64,000 nt of DNA from an uncultured Christensenella sp. (lineage in GTDB: Bacteria; Bacillota; Clostridia; Christensenellales; UBA3700). Position 1 is the stretch's first letter, and every line of letters starts with the position of its first letter. Shown here piece by piece: positions 16,380-26,168 of this stretch. The position numbers and the translations under genes are program-made. Location of the stretch: contig CAJTPC010000002.1 of the NCBI GenBank assembly GCA_910578245.1, positions 44,144 to 108,143 of the forward strand. Reading direction: 5' to 3'. Under the pieces are notes generated by a model. It saw nothing but the letters and a program-made list of their open reading frames with translations, did no database searches and had not been told where the DNA came from.

Positions 16380-19300
16380 TTATCTCTTAGCTCTCTTGAT
16401 GATTGCTCTGCCTACTCCAATAGCGAAAGCAATCAAAATCAATACTGCGCAGAAGATAGAAATCATCGCGACATAATCTCTAGTCTTATTTTTCGTAGAA
16501 TCGATTGGCATATCGGTGCTATCAGGATTGGTCGTACTGCCGTTCTCATAGATACCTATTTGCGAGCCGTTGTTGACTACATCGGAATCGGTTTTGTTCG
16601 TATCGTCAACCGGAGGCTTCTCTTCCTCCTCTTTGTCAAAGATAGAAGCGTTGATAACCTTAATCATAAATGTAGCTATCTTAGAGTCTAACTCGTACAT
16701 ACTCCACAAGGAACCGCCTACTGCGTCGAATTCAGGCAATGAGATGGTAACTCTATAGAAGCCTGCAGGAGCTACGGTCATATCCTCTTGAAGTTCGTAA
16801 GTTTCCCTAAGCGAGCCGTCATTACCGGTTATATAAACGCGACGTTCAAATTTAACGTTAAGTTTCTCGTAGTTGCCATTTGCTCTCGTAAAACCTATTT
16901 CAAGGTTACGCGTTGCGATATTCTTGGTATCAAGTCCTGTGAACTCGCCTTTGTTATAAACCAATCTGTCTATCGGAGCAAGGTCGATGTGCAACTTACC
17001 TATAGTGATATTTGCTTCAGGAAGAACGTAATTCTTAAAAGTCATTCCTTCAACTACCGTAATTACGTAACCGTCTTTCGTCTCGTCTCTTTCCGTCTGT
17101 GGCAACAACTCGTAAGGGAGATGCTCACAGCCTTCGCCCTTCACAACGTAAATCTCAACAGTTTCTTCAAATCCCGGAATCATACCATATGCAGTATAAG
17201 TCAATTCCGGCAACGAGTATCCGTAGCACTTGTCTTTGCTGTCAATAACAACGGAGATTTCTTTCTTCTCAATTCTGCCGACGTAATCGGAGATTTGGCT
17301 GTCTAAAATCTTAGTATCGTCAGTACATACTGCGCTAATGCTAATCATAGCTTCATCGCTTGCATTAACGTCTTTATACGCAACTGTGAAAATAATATCT
17401 CCGTTAATCTTTGCCTTAAATTCGTCTTTTACTTCAATCGTACCCTCAAACGTATCTGTTCCGTCAAAGGTCTTTGTAGTGCCGGAGATTATCACGTCGT
17501 CAAGAGTAATAATTACTGTTTCGAGTACAACTGTAACCTTGAATGGAACTATTACCTGCGTGATGCCGTCGGAGCCAATCTGCACGTTCTTTTCCCAATA
17601 AGTGGTCAATTGATACTTCTTATTGTACGGGTAACTATCCGTTGCAGGGTGATCATAAGTGTTTGACAACGCGCGGAAGTAGACGTCAGCGCTCTCCTTT
17701 ACGGTAAGCGTACCGGTATACGTATACCACTGTTCCTTGTCATAACTGTATTGGATTTCGCCTCCGGCTTCGCCAAACTGAGCAGTTACGTCAAAGTAAA
17801 CGGCTTTTTCTACCTCGCCTCCGTCATAAGGGGTCTTTATCGGAGTGATAATTTGTTGCCCGTTGGAGTCAATACCGGGAGAGTCTGCCATATAGTAGGC
17901 GTCAACGGATATTGTCGGCACAAAAGTATCTATCTTAACGTTAAGTTCAAACGAAGACTTACGACCTGCATTGTCGGTAACCTCAATTACCTTTCTTCCG
18001 GTATCTTGGAAATACCATACGTAGTAGCCCGTATCCTTGTCAATATAACTTTGGTCATTAGATCCTGTGGTACACTCCTCAATAATGTTGTGCGAATGCT
18101 CAAGATCGCCTGTCTCTTTGTTGTAGCTGTACAGCCAAAGACTTGCCACACCGCTGTGATCGTCTTGCGCGTCAATAGAGATTCTATTGTGCGTATAATA
18201 TATATCTGCAGGGTGCTCATATCTAGGAATGCTTAGAATAGGATTCTCCAAGTCTACCTTTACCGTATAGACGATAGGATTCGTTACTTGCACTCCACCG
18301 CTTGTAAGATATACAGTATAAGTTCTGCTCTTAGTAGACGTATCGTTGGTTATCGTAAGTCCCGTACGTCTGTATTCAGAGCCGTTGACTTCATATACGT
18401 AACCGTCAGCCGAGCCTTCCAAACCGTTGATAAGTTCAAATTCGAAGTCCGTCTTCTCGCTGAGCCAATTATTTGCAAGCCAATCTGCCGTATAGTTCTT
18501 GATTTGCATTTCAGCATTTTTGACTTTGAAAGCGAAAGGAGTAAGACTTGCCGTATCGCTGGCAAAAACCACAACTCTATCTTCAATGCTTACGTATGAA
18601 AGACCCGCTTCTTTCTCTTGCAACGTAAAGGAATATTCTCCCGGAAGTCTGGCAGAAGTTATCCTACTTTGATCCTCGCCGGACGAAACCGCATAGAATC
18701 CTGCAGGATTAACAATACCCGACTTGCTGTTGTCTTTGGTCGTAAATTTCAATTGTTGCGTCAAAAAGTCAAATCCATTGTAAGTATATTCGTTTGCCCA
18801 ACCTTCCGTAAGGTCGTTTGCCTCTGAAATATCAGCGATTTGATAGCAATAAACATTGACTTCCCAGTACTTTGCGGAAGTAGATTGATAAGGACTTACC
18901 ATAAAGGTATAACTGTCTTGTCTAACGTCTACCATTTTATATAGATAAATAATATCATTCTTTGGCACGCCTGTACCATAATCAGAGGTATCTTCTCCGG
19001 TCGGAGATTGCAGTACGCCTGCCTCAGCGTCGGCATTTCTACCCAAATACTTATTAAATCTTAATTCGCCGAGTACGGAATTATGAGTATCTTTTGGCGT
19101 AACTTTGATAATTTGAGCGCCGTCCGGATTCATACTCAACTCAACGTCTGAGTAATCGCCGGTATTAATCACGTTGCCGTAACCCGTCTCGTGGTCACCC
19201 GAGTTGGTACCGATACCGCAGTTGCAGTGATCCGTCTGATAATCAACGTTTTGGCTACTGACGATTTTGTCGGTCTTATTGAGTATCGTAACGTTGGTAG

Positions 19301-20519
19301 CCTTACCGCAAAATACAACAGCGTTGATTGACTGTTCACTAGGCGCGGAAACACCCGATCCACCATTGCCCGAATTCGCCTCTCCTTGCATACCAAGACC
19401 TGAACCTGCGTAAGAGAGGGTAAGTCCCAAAATAATATTGTCAATCAAACCTTGAGTAGAAGTTTCTTTGCCTATTCCGCCTTCGGCTCTGGAATACGCT
19501 GAATTAGAGCCTACTACAGCAGCCGCAATATTAAAATTACGGGCTCTCTCCCCAAAACCGGAATTTTGATTATTGGTGCTTGTCATATTAAACGTAGCGC
19601 TACCAGCCAATATTACGTTGCTTATTTCCGAATCTTTAGAATGCATCGTACCTGCAATACCGCCTGCTCTAATCGTTGCGTTGGCTCTCTGTGACCATAT
19701 GGAAGTTTTATTTGCGGCTGTAACTTTCATCGTACTGGTAAAATTCGTATATTGAGCGGTGATATAAGTGATAGTACCTGCATTTCTACCGGCAACTCCG
19801 CCGAAATTTATAGAAAATGCATTTCCAGTCAAGGAATCAACGCTACTATTGAACTTTTCGATAGCAAGCGAACCGTTTGTATAGTTGTATGTAAACGAAC
19901 CGCTGACGTCAAGGTCGCAGTTGCTGATTACGCCCGTAGTAGCATTGGTACCGCAGACAAAACCAACGTAGTTAGGTACGATGTGAGCGCTGTTGTTGCC
20001 AATAGTAAGTCCCGACATATTATATTTGAACTTAAAATTCTTAATCGTGCCTTCGTTGAAAGCTACGAACATACCGTAATCCATACCGCCCAAAGTTCCA
20101 AAACTATCACGGTAATTGGGAGCTGTGCCATTGTCGTCTTGAAGCGTAACCGTCCATCCGTTGCCGTTGATAGTTCTGCCTTGCGCAAAGCCCACGCTAG
20201 ATCCGACGCCGCTAGCATTGAAAACTATATCGGCGGTAAGATAACCGTACGTTTCGCTACTCGAAAGGAAATTTTGCAACTCGGTAGCGTTACTAATCGC
20301 CACAGCGTCCGCCGGAGCTTCCGCAGGCTTATCGGCGCCGCCACCCATTGTCGAACTGTTAGCATTGATAGTCACGCCGGTATTGACGAGATTTACGCTC
20401 CCGCCGACGTAATTATCGCCATTCGACTGGGCTCCCACGGAGAGCAGTACGCCCGCCGTGATTGCCAATACTAAAGATATGATGCAAATTGCTGAAACTA
20501 ATTTCTTTCTAGCCGTCAT
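16380..20519 (-). CDS. giant cell-surface protein (~1379 aa): N-terminal signal/TM, GLUG-motif beta-helix-like region, Ig-like modules, MBG (YG) domain, C-terminal TM anchor
   Basis: Signal-like KKLVSAICIISLVLAITAGVLL. GLUG-like GGVAGRNAGTITY and AGGIAGTMHS..ISNV. MBG-like CYGYSLPELTYTAYGMIPGFE. C-terminal TM IFCAVLILIAFAIGVG plus a basic tail. Start at the 20519 ATG, 6 nt after GGAGG. Confidence 0.8.
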   Translation of the reverse strand: MTARKKLVSAICIISLVLAITAGVLLSVGAQSNGDNYVGGSVNLVNTGVTINANSSTMGGGADKPAEAPADAVAISNATELQNFLSSSETYGYLTADIVFNASGVGSSVGFAQGRTINGNGWTVTLQDDNGTAPNYRDSFGTLGGMDYGMFVAFNEGTIKNFKFKYNMSGLTIGNNSAHIVPNYVGFVCGTNATTGVISNCDLDVSGSFTYNYTNGSLAIEKFNSSVDSLTGNAFSINFGGVAGRNAGTITYITAQYTNFTSTMKVTAANKTSIWSQRANATIRAGGIAGTMHSKDSEISNVILAGSATFNMTSTNNQNSGFGERARNFNIAAAVVGSNSAYSRAEGGIGKETSTQGLIDNIILGLTLSYAGSGLGMQGEANSGNGGSGVSAPSEQSINAVVFCGKATNVTILNKTDKIVSSQNVDYQTDHCNCGIGTNSGDHETGYGNVINTGDYSDVELSMNPDGAQIIKVTPKDTHNSVLGELRFNKYLGRNADAEAGVLQSPTGEDTSDYGTGVPKNDIIYLYKMVDVRQDSYTFMVSPYQSTSAKYWEVNVYCYQIADISEANDLTEGWANEYTYNGFDFLTQQLKFTTKDNSKSGIVNPAGFYAVSSGEDQSRITSARLPGEYSFTLQEKEAGLSYVSIEDRVVVFASDTASLTPFAFKVKNAEMQIKNYTADWLANNWLSEKTDFEFELINGLEGSADGYVYEVNGSEYRRTGLTITNDTSTKSRTYTVYLTSGGVQVTNPIVYTVKVDLENPILSIPRYEHPADIYYTHNRISIDAQDDHSGVASLWLYSYNKETGDLEHSHNIIEECTTGSNDQSYIDKDTGYYVWYFQDTGRKVIEVTDNAGRKSSFELNVKIDTFVPTISVDAYYMADSPGIDSNGQQIITPIKTPYDGGEVEKAVYFDVTAQFGEAGGEIQYSYDKEQWYTYTGTLTVKESADVYFRALSNTYDHPATDSYPYNKKYQLTTYWEKNVQIGSDGITQVIVPFKVTVVLETVIITLDDVIISGTTKTFDGTDTFEGTIEVKDEFKAKINGDIIFTVAYKDVNASDEAMISISAVCTDDTKILDSQISDYVGRIEKKEISVVIDSKDKCYGYSLPELTYTAYGMIPGFEETVEIYVVKGEGCEHLPYELLPQTERDETKDGYVITVVEGMTFKNYVLPEANITIGKLHIDLAPIDRLVYNKGEFTGLDTKNIATRNLEIGFTRANGNYEKLNVKFERRVYITGNDGSLRETYELQEDMTVAPAGFYRVTISLPEFDAVGGSLWSMYELDSKIATFMIKVINASIFDKEEEEKPPVDDTNKTDSDVVNNGSQIGIYENGSTTNPDSTDMPIDSTKNKTRDYVAMISIFCAVLILIAFAIGVGRAIIKRAKR

Positions 20520-20520
20520 A

Positions 20521-23500
20521 TTACACCTCCTCATCATTTGCTACATTGTTGCCGGTAATGTTTACCGTCACAGTGCAGTATTGCTCATAGTCGCCGTTAC
20601 GGTCGATATATACTCTTACTTTATACTCGCCGTCTTCGTTGACTATTACATCGTCAGTAACCCAAGTTACGTTAGCCGTTACGGTATCATCGCCAAGTAA
20701 AATCTCCATATTGCTTCTAGCGTTGAAGAATTCATCCAAGCCTTCGAAGTTTTTATCGCTTACGTCTATTGTAATCTCATTCTCCAGCAAGGACATCTTT
20801 ATGCTTGGTACGATGACTGTGACTGTCGTCTCAAACAAAGACTTGCCGTCTTCGCCCAATACGTCTATCGATACAGGGCAGTCGATTCTCGACTCAATTC
20901 CGTTCATAGCGTCTGCAAATGCATTACTGTTGAGGATACCCGATATGTCGATAGTGACAGGCACGTTTCTCTTGATTGTTCTGTCGCTCGTCACGAAGTT
21001 GAGAACCGACGTGATGCACTTATCGAAATCTACGCCACCGTAGATGCAGTACTTCCAGTCAAAGACTGTCGTTCTGCTCGACGAAGCGAGAGCTACGATA
21101 TCAGTCGAAACTACGTTGACTTCGATACCTTCCATTACCCATTGATTGTAATCGCCCTCATTGATGATTGCCGAAGCGAAGTACTGTCCGCCCTTAAGGT
21201 CGATCTTGACGGCTGACGTATCCCACTTAACGTTTGCAGTATACTTGAGCCACTCCTCACCGTTGTAACCGACTACCGTAATTTCTTCAGGGAAAGATTC
21301 CCCGTTTACGTATTCGAGATAGTCAGTCTCGATATAGTTAAGCTCATTGCGCTCGATATAGTAGATATCAAACGGCTTGAACTCGATATTGAGTAACAAA
21401 TCTTGCTCGTAGATTGTACCTTCTCCAACGTGTACGTTAACTGTATAGATAGCCGGAACTTGAGCTTCAGTCCTAGTGATGTTCTTAACGTTGATGTTTC
21501 TATTATTAACATCCGTCCAGTTGAATGTAGCAGGCAAGTTGCGGTAGAAGGAATTATTTACCTTTACTCTTATCGTACCGGCTTTTTCAAGAGCATTAAG
21601 TTTGTCTATATAGTCGTACGCATTGAGTTGCAAAGTATCGAGAGTGAGTCCTTCGTCCTCAAAATGGATTGTGAAGTTATACACTTCTCCTCCAATCGTT
21701 ACGCTTGCGTTATTTTCGCCGTTTACTCTACCGTACGGGAGATTGATGTCCACGTGCGTAAGAAGTCGTTCTATCTCATTGCCCTCTTTATCTTGACCGA
21801 ACGTCGCAGTCACGTAGGTAGGCACGTCTCTCATAGCCTTAACTTCCATATCCTTTATAGACTGTATCTTTAAGCTATCCAAGGTAAGCGTGACTCTAAG
21901 CGTCGGTCTCTTACTTATTTCAGTAGCGTTTGCCGTACCTACGAATACGTACACGCCGTCTGCAATATAACTTGGATTGCTTGGGTCGATAAGGGCAAGT
22001 CTTTCGCTGAACGTAGCAAGATCCATACCTCCGCCCTCAAGAGTCCAATTTATTTTGTAGAAACTGTCTACCTCCCAATTTGACTTGGTATGAACTCTTA
22101 CGTTTTCCTCAAACATATCCATAAGGTTAAGACCGAACGTTCTATTGAAATAGATACTGGTTGCTTGGTTCTCCCAACTTACTACTTCGTTGGCTTTTGC
22201 ATTGAATATATAGATACCAAAGCCTAAGTTGGTTCTGCGATTGTTTCCTGAATCTTCAGGATCGTCATAATCGGCGGAGTTGGAACCTATTGCCGTAATA
22301 TTGGCAAGTTTTCCGTCCGTCAAAGATACGTTGACTTTCAAATCCTCTACGTTAGGTAGCGGTAAGAACCTTTGAACCAAAGCGTGAACTTGATTCTTGA
22401 TATTAGCATTTCCTGCTATCGCACCTACGATATTACCTATACCGCCAGTCGACAGATTTCCTACTTGTTTCTTTATCAACGGAATGAGTATTTTATCGTA
22501 CAATTCATCGAAGAATGTATTTGGATTTACATTGTCGTAATTCAATGTTACAGGTCCCTCACCCGTCAAGTCGCCCAAATCAAGATTAGTAAACAAGTTG
22601 GAGAGCGTATCTTTAAGGAATTTGCTGACAAATACGCCGTTGATATCAAGGTCTACGTCAATATCCAACTTACCTGTCAAAGTGATTGTTACACCAGGGA
22701 TTATTTGCTCGATAGGCGTAGATTGAGATTCGCTGGTAGTCTCGTGAACTCCATTGCACTTATTTGCGCATACTTCGTCTTTGCAAGTCTCGTCTAAACA
22801 ATTTCCGCAAACCTCGCACTTATGACGGCACTTATGCGTTACCGAAGGCTTTTGAGTCGGCAATGCATCGTCCGGCACTTCGATTGCTCCGCCGGAATTA
22901 CCGACGTCGCCACCGCCGCTTTCGCCAAATAGACCGCTCAAAGCATTTATCAACGAAGTCTTGATGTCAGCGTCTATTCCTATATTTAGAACTTCGCCTG
23001 TCAACGGATAGAATAGCACGTCAACTTTGAGCATCTTATCTGTGCCCTTAAATTGCACTTTCTTACCGTCAATATCCAAATATGCATACAAAATAGCGTT
23101 GTTCTCATTGGTAATCCAGCCATTGTACAACGCAACGACGATTGATTTGTAAGGAGCCTCTAAGCCGTTGCCTAGTACTTCCGTTTTTCCCTCAGCCGCA
23201 GTTGATCTACGAATAACTATTCTCGTCTTATTCTCGTGTGACGAGTAGTCTACGTTTTGGTTATATAAATCTATTGTGAAGTTAAGATTTTCTGCCGCGA
23301 GTATGCTATCGACAAGCATTTCTGCGTTTACTGCATTGTATACGCCAAATTCAAGCTTAGCCAAGTTGTTGATTGCTTCTTCGATTCTAGGTTGACCTCT
23401 CTCAGCGCTTTCGCTCTCTTTACCAAGGCTGATTCTAAGACCGAGTTTAGCGGCTATTCCCAAATCGAGTTCTGCATTGACAGAGCCGTCCATGTTGAGT

Positions 23501-25881
23501 TCTGCATTAAAATCTGCGTCAATACCGAGATCCATAGAAAGCATTCTCATAAGCAAAGTTATGAAATAACTGTCTAATGCAACGCCCAATGAGTCGCCTT
23601 CAATCTCTACGCCCGATGACGTAAATATGTCGGACTCAACTTCGTCTAATAATTCGTCGTAAGCGTCGGATTTGCCCAACATACCTCTCAATAACTTGAA
23701 GATGTCCACGTTGGCAAGACAGAACTTCATAAAGCCAAGTCCCGACAAATCAACGTAGGTGTTGGAGTTCTCATTATAAGCCGCAATCAAAGTATCTCCG
23801 TCCGGAGTAATGACTTCAATAAGCACTCTTCCATCGCCTGTTTCTTCATTATAATTTGTAGCAAGACGGATATTGAAAGTTCCTTGATACTTGCTCAAAT
23901 CAAGCGCGATTGGGAATTTTAGATAGGTACTGTTGTTTGCCATTGCCATTATATTGTTGATAATAGAAGTCAAGTTGACCGTCGTATTGACAGTTGACAA
24001 GTCAATCGCCATGCTTATATCCAAGTCGCTGAGCAAATTGAGCGCAAACGTCAAGATAATACTCTCGATATCCGTGCCGTAATTTTGCGTATCTCCTATA
24101 CTCTTTTGCACGTCCTCTCTGGTGATTTTCGCTTTACCTATTCCGAAATTGTCGGCTCTGAATGTCAAAATATTCATTGCCGATACTTCGATATACTCTA
24201 TACCGCCCTTGAATAGACCTATCGTAAACTCACCGAATATCGGATAATTAATATCAACTTTAGCCAACTTACTAATTACTTCGAAGAACTTTTCATTGAT
24301 AATAACAGTTATGTGATCACCGCCTTCCATATCGATGCACTCATGTAAATCGAGAAGTTTCATAACGCCGATGATTACCTCTTGAAGCGATGGGGACAAA
24401 ATCATTTCGCCATCTCTATTTATGCTGGATGAAAGTACTCCTACCGTTGCCACCGTAGGGCGGAATTGAGTACCCAAAAATCCATCTATATAACCGGTAA
24501 TCAACTTTACGAGTTGAGCAATATATTCCTTCAAAGGAAGTTTAATTGCTATATTAATACCGCCTTCGGCAAAACCGTTTACGCCATCGCCCAATGCTTT
24601 GACATAGAGATATCCGTCAAGATAATTGGCTCTGACAAGCTCGTTTTCGCCTGCATACAACATTATATTTATATAATTGTTGTCCGTTTGGCTTCCATAG
24701 AGGTCAGGATCGAGTGAAGCCTTAATGTCAAGACCGTAATTAGCATGAGCGTTGAGGACTAATACCCCCTCGCCGAACATCTTCTTGTCCAAAAAGCCGT
24801 CAATCAACGCGCCTATATCGAAAGGCTTGTTGCCTGTGTTGAGATCAAGAGAAAGATCAAAGTTGAGATTACCAAGCGTAAGTGACTGGAAGTTATCCAA
24901 TTCGTCCGGAATATCAAGTTCCAAAGGCTCGGAACCAAAAGTAATTGCGTTCTCCAGACCAAACACCGGTTGCTTATAACTCTCGCTTTCAGGGTCGTTA
25001 TCGAGAAGTTCTAAGTTGAACTCCGTCAATCTGCCGTTGTCAACGGTGGCCGTAATGGATCCGTTAGTGAGAGGTATCATACTGAGAAGCTGAGACACAA
25101 AAGTCAAATCCAAATTAAAATCTGCAGGCAATAACATTCCTAATAGACCGTCTTTGTCAAGCATCTTTATTAAAGGAGCCAACATACCTTGAATGTTGAG
25201 CGGAAGTTTGAATTTCTCCACGCCGTCAACTTTTTCATATACGAGTTCTTTAGGCGAAGACAAACCTTCAGTTAAAGTACCTACTACAACGTCAATTATT
25301 GTTGTGATATTCAAATTACCCAAATCAATACCCTTGAGCAACTCGGCGATTTTATCAGGCAATTTGTCTACAATGGATAATAAGTAATTTACGTCGATTT
25401 CAGCTATGTTGTAAATAGCCTTTTCATCATCGTCGCCTATTTGGATAAACAGCCTTGAATTGACTACATAAAATGCAGACGCAATCTTACCTGTATCGTC
25501 GCTCTTAAATACCGCGGACAATTGCAAATCATTATCTGACATATTGCCTTTGACCGTCATATGGTACTTCTTACCATTTACAGTAGCATAGCCTTCAAAA
25601 TTCAAAGACATATATTCGCTAGGCATAGAATCAATGAAATATCCCATTGCATTCTTGAAACTTTCAGCTTGAGCTGGGGGCTTCTCGTCCACTGCCGGTG
25701 GCGGTAAAATTGGACCGGGATCAGGACCGGGACCGGGACTGGGACCGGGACCGGGATTAGGATTTCCCGAATTCGTACTCCCGCCAGGCTTTGTTTTGAC
25801 ACAAGCTACTAATGCTATCGATAGCGTAAATACTGCTAGTAGCAGTACTACTATCATCACAATCAATTTCTTGTTGCGCAT
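20521..25881 (-). CDS. giant lipoprotein (1786 aa) with Pro/Gly linker, long uncharacterised region, Cys-rich cluster and C-terminal Big_4-like Ig repeats
   Basis: Lipobox LSIALVAC followed by GNPNPGPGPSPGPGPDPGP. Cluster CRHKCEVCGNCLDETCKDEVCANKC. C-terminal repeats of the type YTANVKWDTSAV / TANVTWVTDDV. Confidence 0.8.
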   Translation of the reverse strand: MRNKKLIVMIVVLLLAVFTLSIALVACVKTKPGGSTNSGNPNPGPGPSPGPGPDPGPILPPPAVDEKPPAQAESFKNAMGYFIDSMPSEYMSLNFEGYATVNGKKYHMTVKGNMSDNDLQLSAVFKSDDTGKIASAFYVVNSRLFIQIGDDDEKAIYNIAEIDVNYLLSIVDKLPDKIAELLKGIDLGNLNITTIIDVVVGTLTEGLSSPKELVYEKVDGVEKFKLPLNIQGMLAPLIKMLDKDGLLGMLLPADFNLDLTFVSQLLSMIPLTNGSITATVDNGRLTEFNLELLDNDPESESYKQPVFGLENAITFGSEPLELDIPDELDNFQSLTLGNLNFDLSLDLNTGNKPFDIGALIDGFLDKKMFGEGVLVLNAHANYGLDIKASLDPDLYGSQTDNNYINIMLYAGENELVRANYLDGYLYVKALGDGVNGFAEGGINIAIKLPLKEYIAQLVKLITGYIDGFLGTQFRPTVATVGVLSSSINRDGEMILSPSLQEVIIGVMKLLDLHECIDMEGGDHITVIINEKFFEVISKLAKVDINYPIFGEFTIGLFKGGIEYIEVSAMNILTFRADNFGIGKAKITREDVQKSIGDTQNYGTDIESIILTFALNLLSDLDISMAIDLSTVNTTVNLTSIINNIMAMANNSTYLKFPIALDLSKYQGTFNIRLATNYNEETGDGRVLIEVITPDGDTLIAAYNENSNTYVDLSGLGFMKFCLANVDIFKLLRGMLGKSDAYDELLDEVESDIFTSSGVEIEGDSLGVALDSYFITLLMRMLSMDLGIDADFNAELNMDGSVNAELDLGIAAKLGLRISLGKESESAERGQPRIEEAINNLAKLEFGVYNAVNAEMLVDSILAAENLNFTIDLYNQNVDYSSHENKTRIVIRRSTAAEGKTEVLGNGLEAPYKSIVVALYNGWITNENNAILYAYLDIDGKKVQFKGTDKMLKVDVLFYPLTGEVLNIGIDADIKTSLINALSGLFGESGGGDVGNSGGAIEVPDDALPTQKPSVTHKCRHKCEVCGNCLDETCKDEVCANKCNGVHETTSESQSTPIEQIIPGVTITLTGKLDIDVDLDINGVFVSKFLKDTLSNLFTNLDLGDLTGEGPVTLNYDNVNPNTFFDELYDKILIPLIKKQVGNLSTGGIGNIVGAIAGNANIKNQVHALVQRFLPLPNVEDLKVNVSLTDGKLANITAIGSNSADYDDPEDSGNNRRTNLGFGIYIFNAKANEVVSWENQATSIYFNRTFGLNLMDMFEENVRVHTKSNWEVDSFYKINWTLEGGGMDLATFSERLALIDPSNPSYIADGVYVFVGTANATEISKRPTLRVTLTLDSLKIQSIKDMEVKAMRDVPTYVTATFGQDKEGNEIERLLTHVDINLPYGRVNGENNASVTIGGEVYNFTIHFEDEGLTLDTLQLNAYDYIDKLNALEKAGTIRVKVNNSFYRNLPATFNWTDVNNRNINVKNITRTEAQVPAIYTVNVHVGEGTIYEQDLLLNIEFKPFDIYYIERNELNYIETDYLEYVNGESFPEEITVVGYNGEEWLKYTANVKWDTSAVKIDLKGGQYFASAIINEGDYNQWVMEGIEVNVVSTDIVALASSSRTTVFDWKYCIYGGVDFDKCITSVLNFVTSDRTIKRNVPVTIDISGILNSNAFADAMNGIESRIDCPVSIDVLGEDGKSLFETTVTVIVPSIKMSLLENEITIDVSDKNFEGLDEFFNARSNMEILLGDDTVTANVTWVTDDVIVNEDGEYKVRVYIDRNGDYEQYCTVTVNITGNNVANDEEV
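25712..25760 (-). repeat. imperfect GGACCG/GGGACC hexamer tandem repeat encoding the (PG)n linker
   Basis: ggaccgggatcaggaccgggaccgggactgggaccgggaccggga read directly. It is in-frame coding low complexity. Confidence 0.6.
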
Positions 25882-25981
25882 AATTCTCTCCCTCCTTCAA
25901 ATTATTGCGTTGCATCCGTCACTTTATTTTACTCAAATATAAGACAAAATGCCATAACGCATATTTTAGGACAGTTTCATT

Positions 25982-26044
25982 ATTATACATCAACCTTAAA
26001 CTTTCATTAAACTTTTGAATTTTTTTGATTTTTTTTATTTTTTT
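25982..26044 (-). promoter_or_regulatory. putative promoter of the giant operon with three phased A-tracts (UP-element-like)
   Basis: Minus-strand TATAAT at 25987-25982 with a weak -35. Upstream are T7 (26020-26026), T8 (26029-26036) and T7 (26038-26044) on the plus strand, with 9-bp phasing. Confidence 0.35.
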
Positions 26045-26168
26045 ATCGCTTAAAACTTAAAAATACCTTAAAAAATTAATTATTTTTGTGAATCTCTTAC
26101 AAATTTTTCCAAAAAGTGAGAAAAATTAACTCAATAGAGCATGAGTAGATTATTAGTTTTTTAACAAT

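Noticed and set aside
19752-20474. 240-aa plus-strand ORF, plus many other 60-170-aa ORFs opposite the two giant genes (16570-25387)
   Set aside because: All are antisense or out-of-frame within two continuous, motif-supported giant CDSs. None has ribosome-binding sites or recognisable motifs.
25602-25802. 66-aa ORF containing a PVPVPVPV repeat
   Set aside because: It is an alternative frame of the GGACCG hexamer repeat that encodes the (PG)n linker of the giant lipoprotein in the correct frame.
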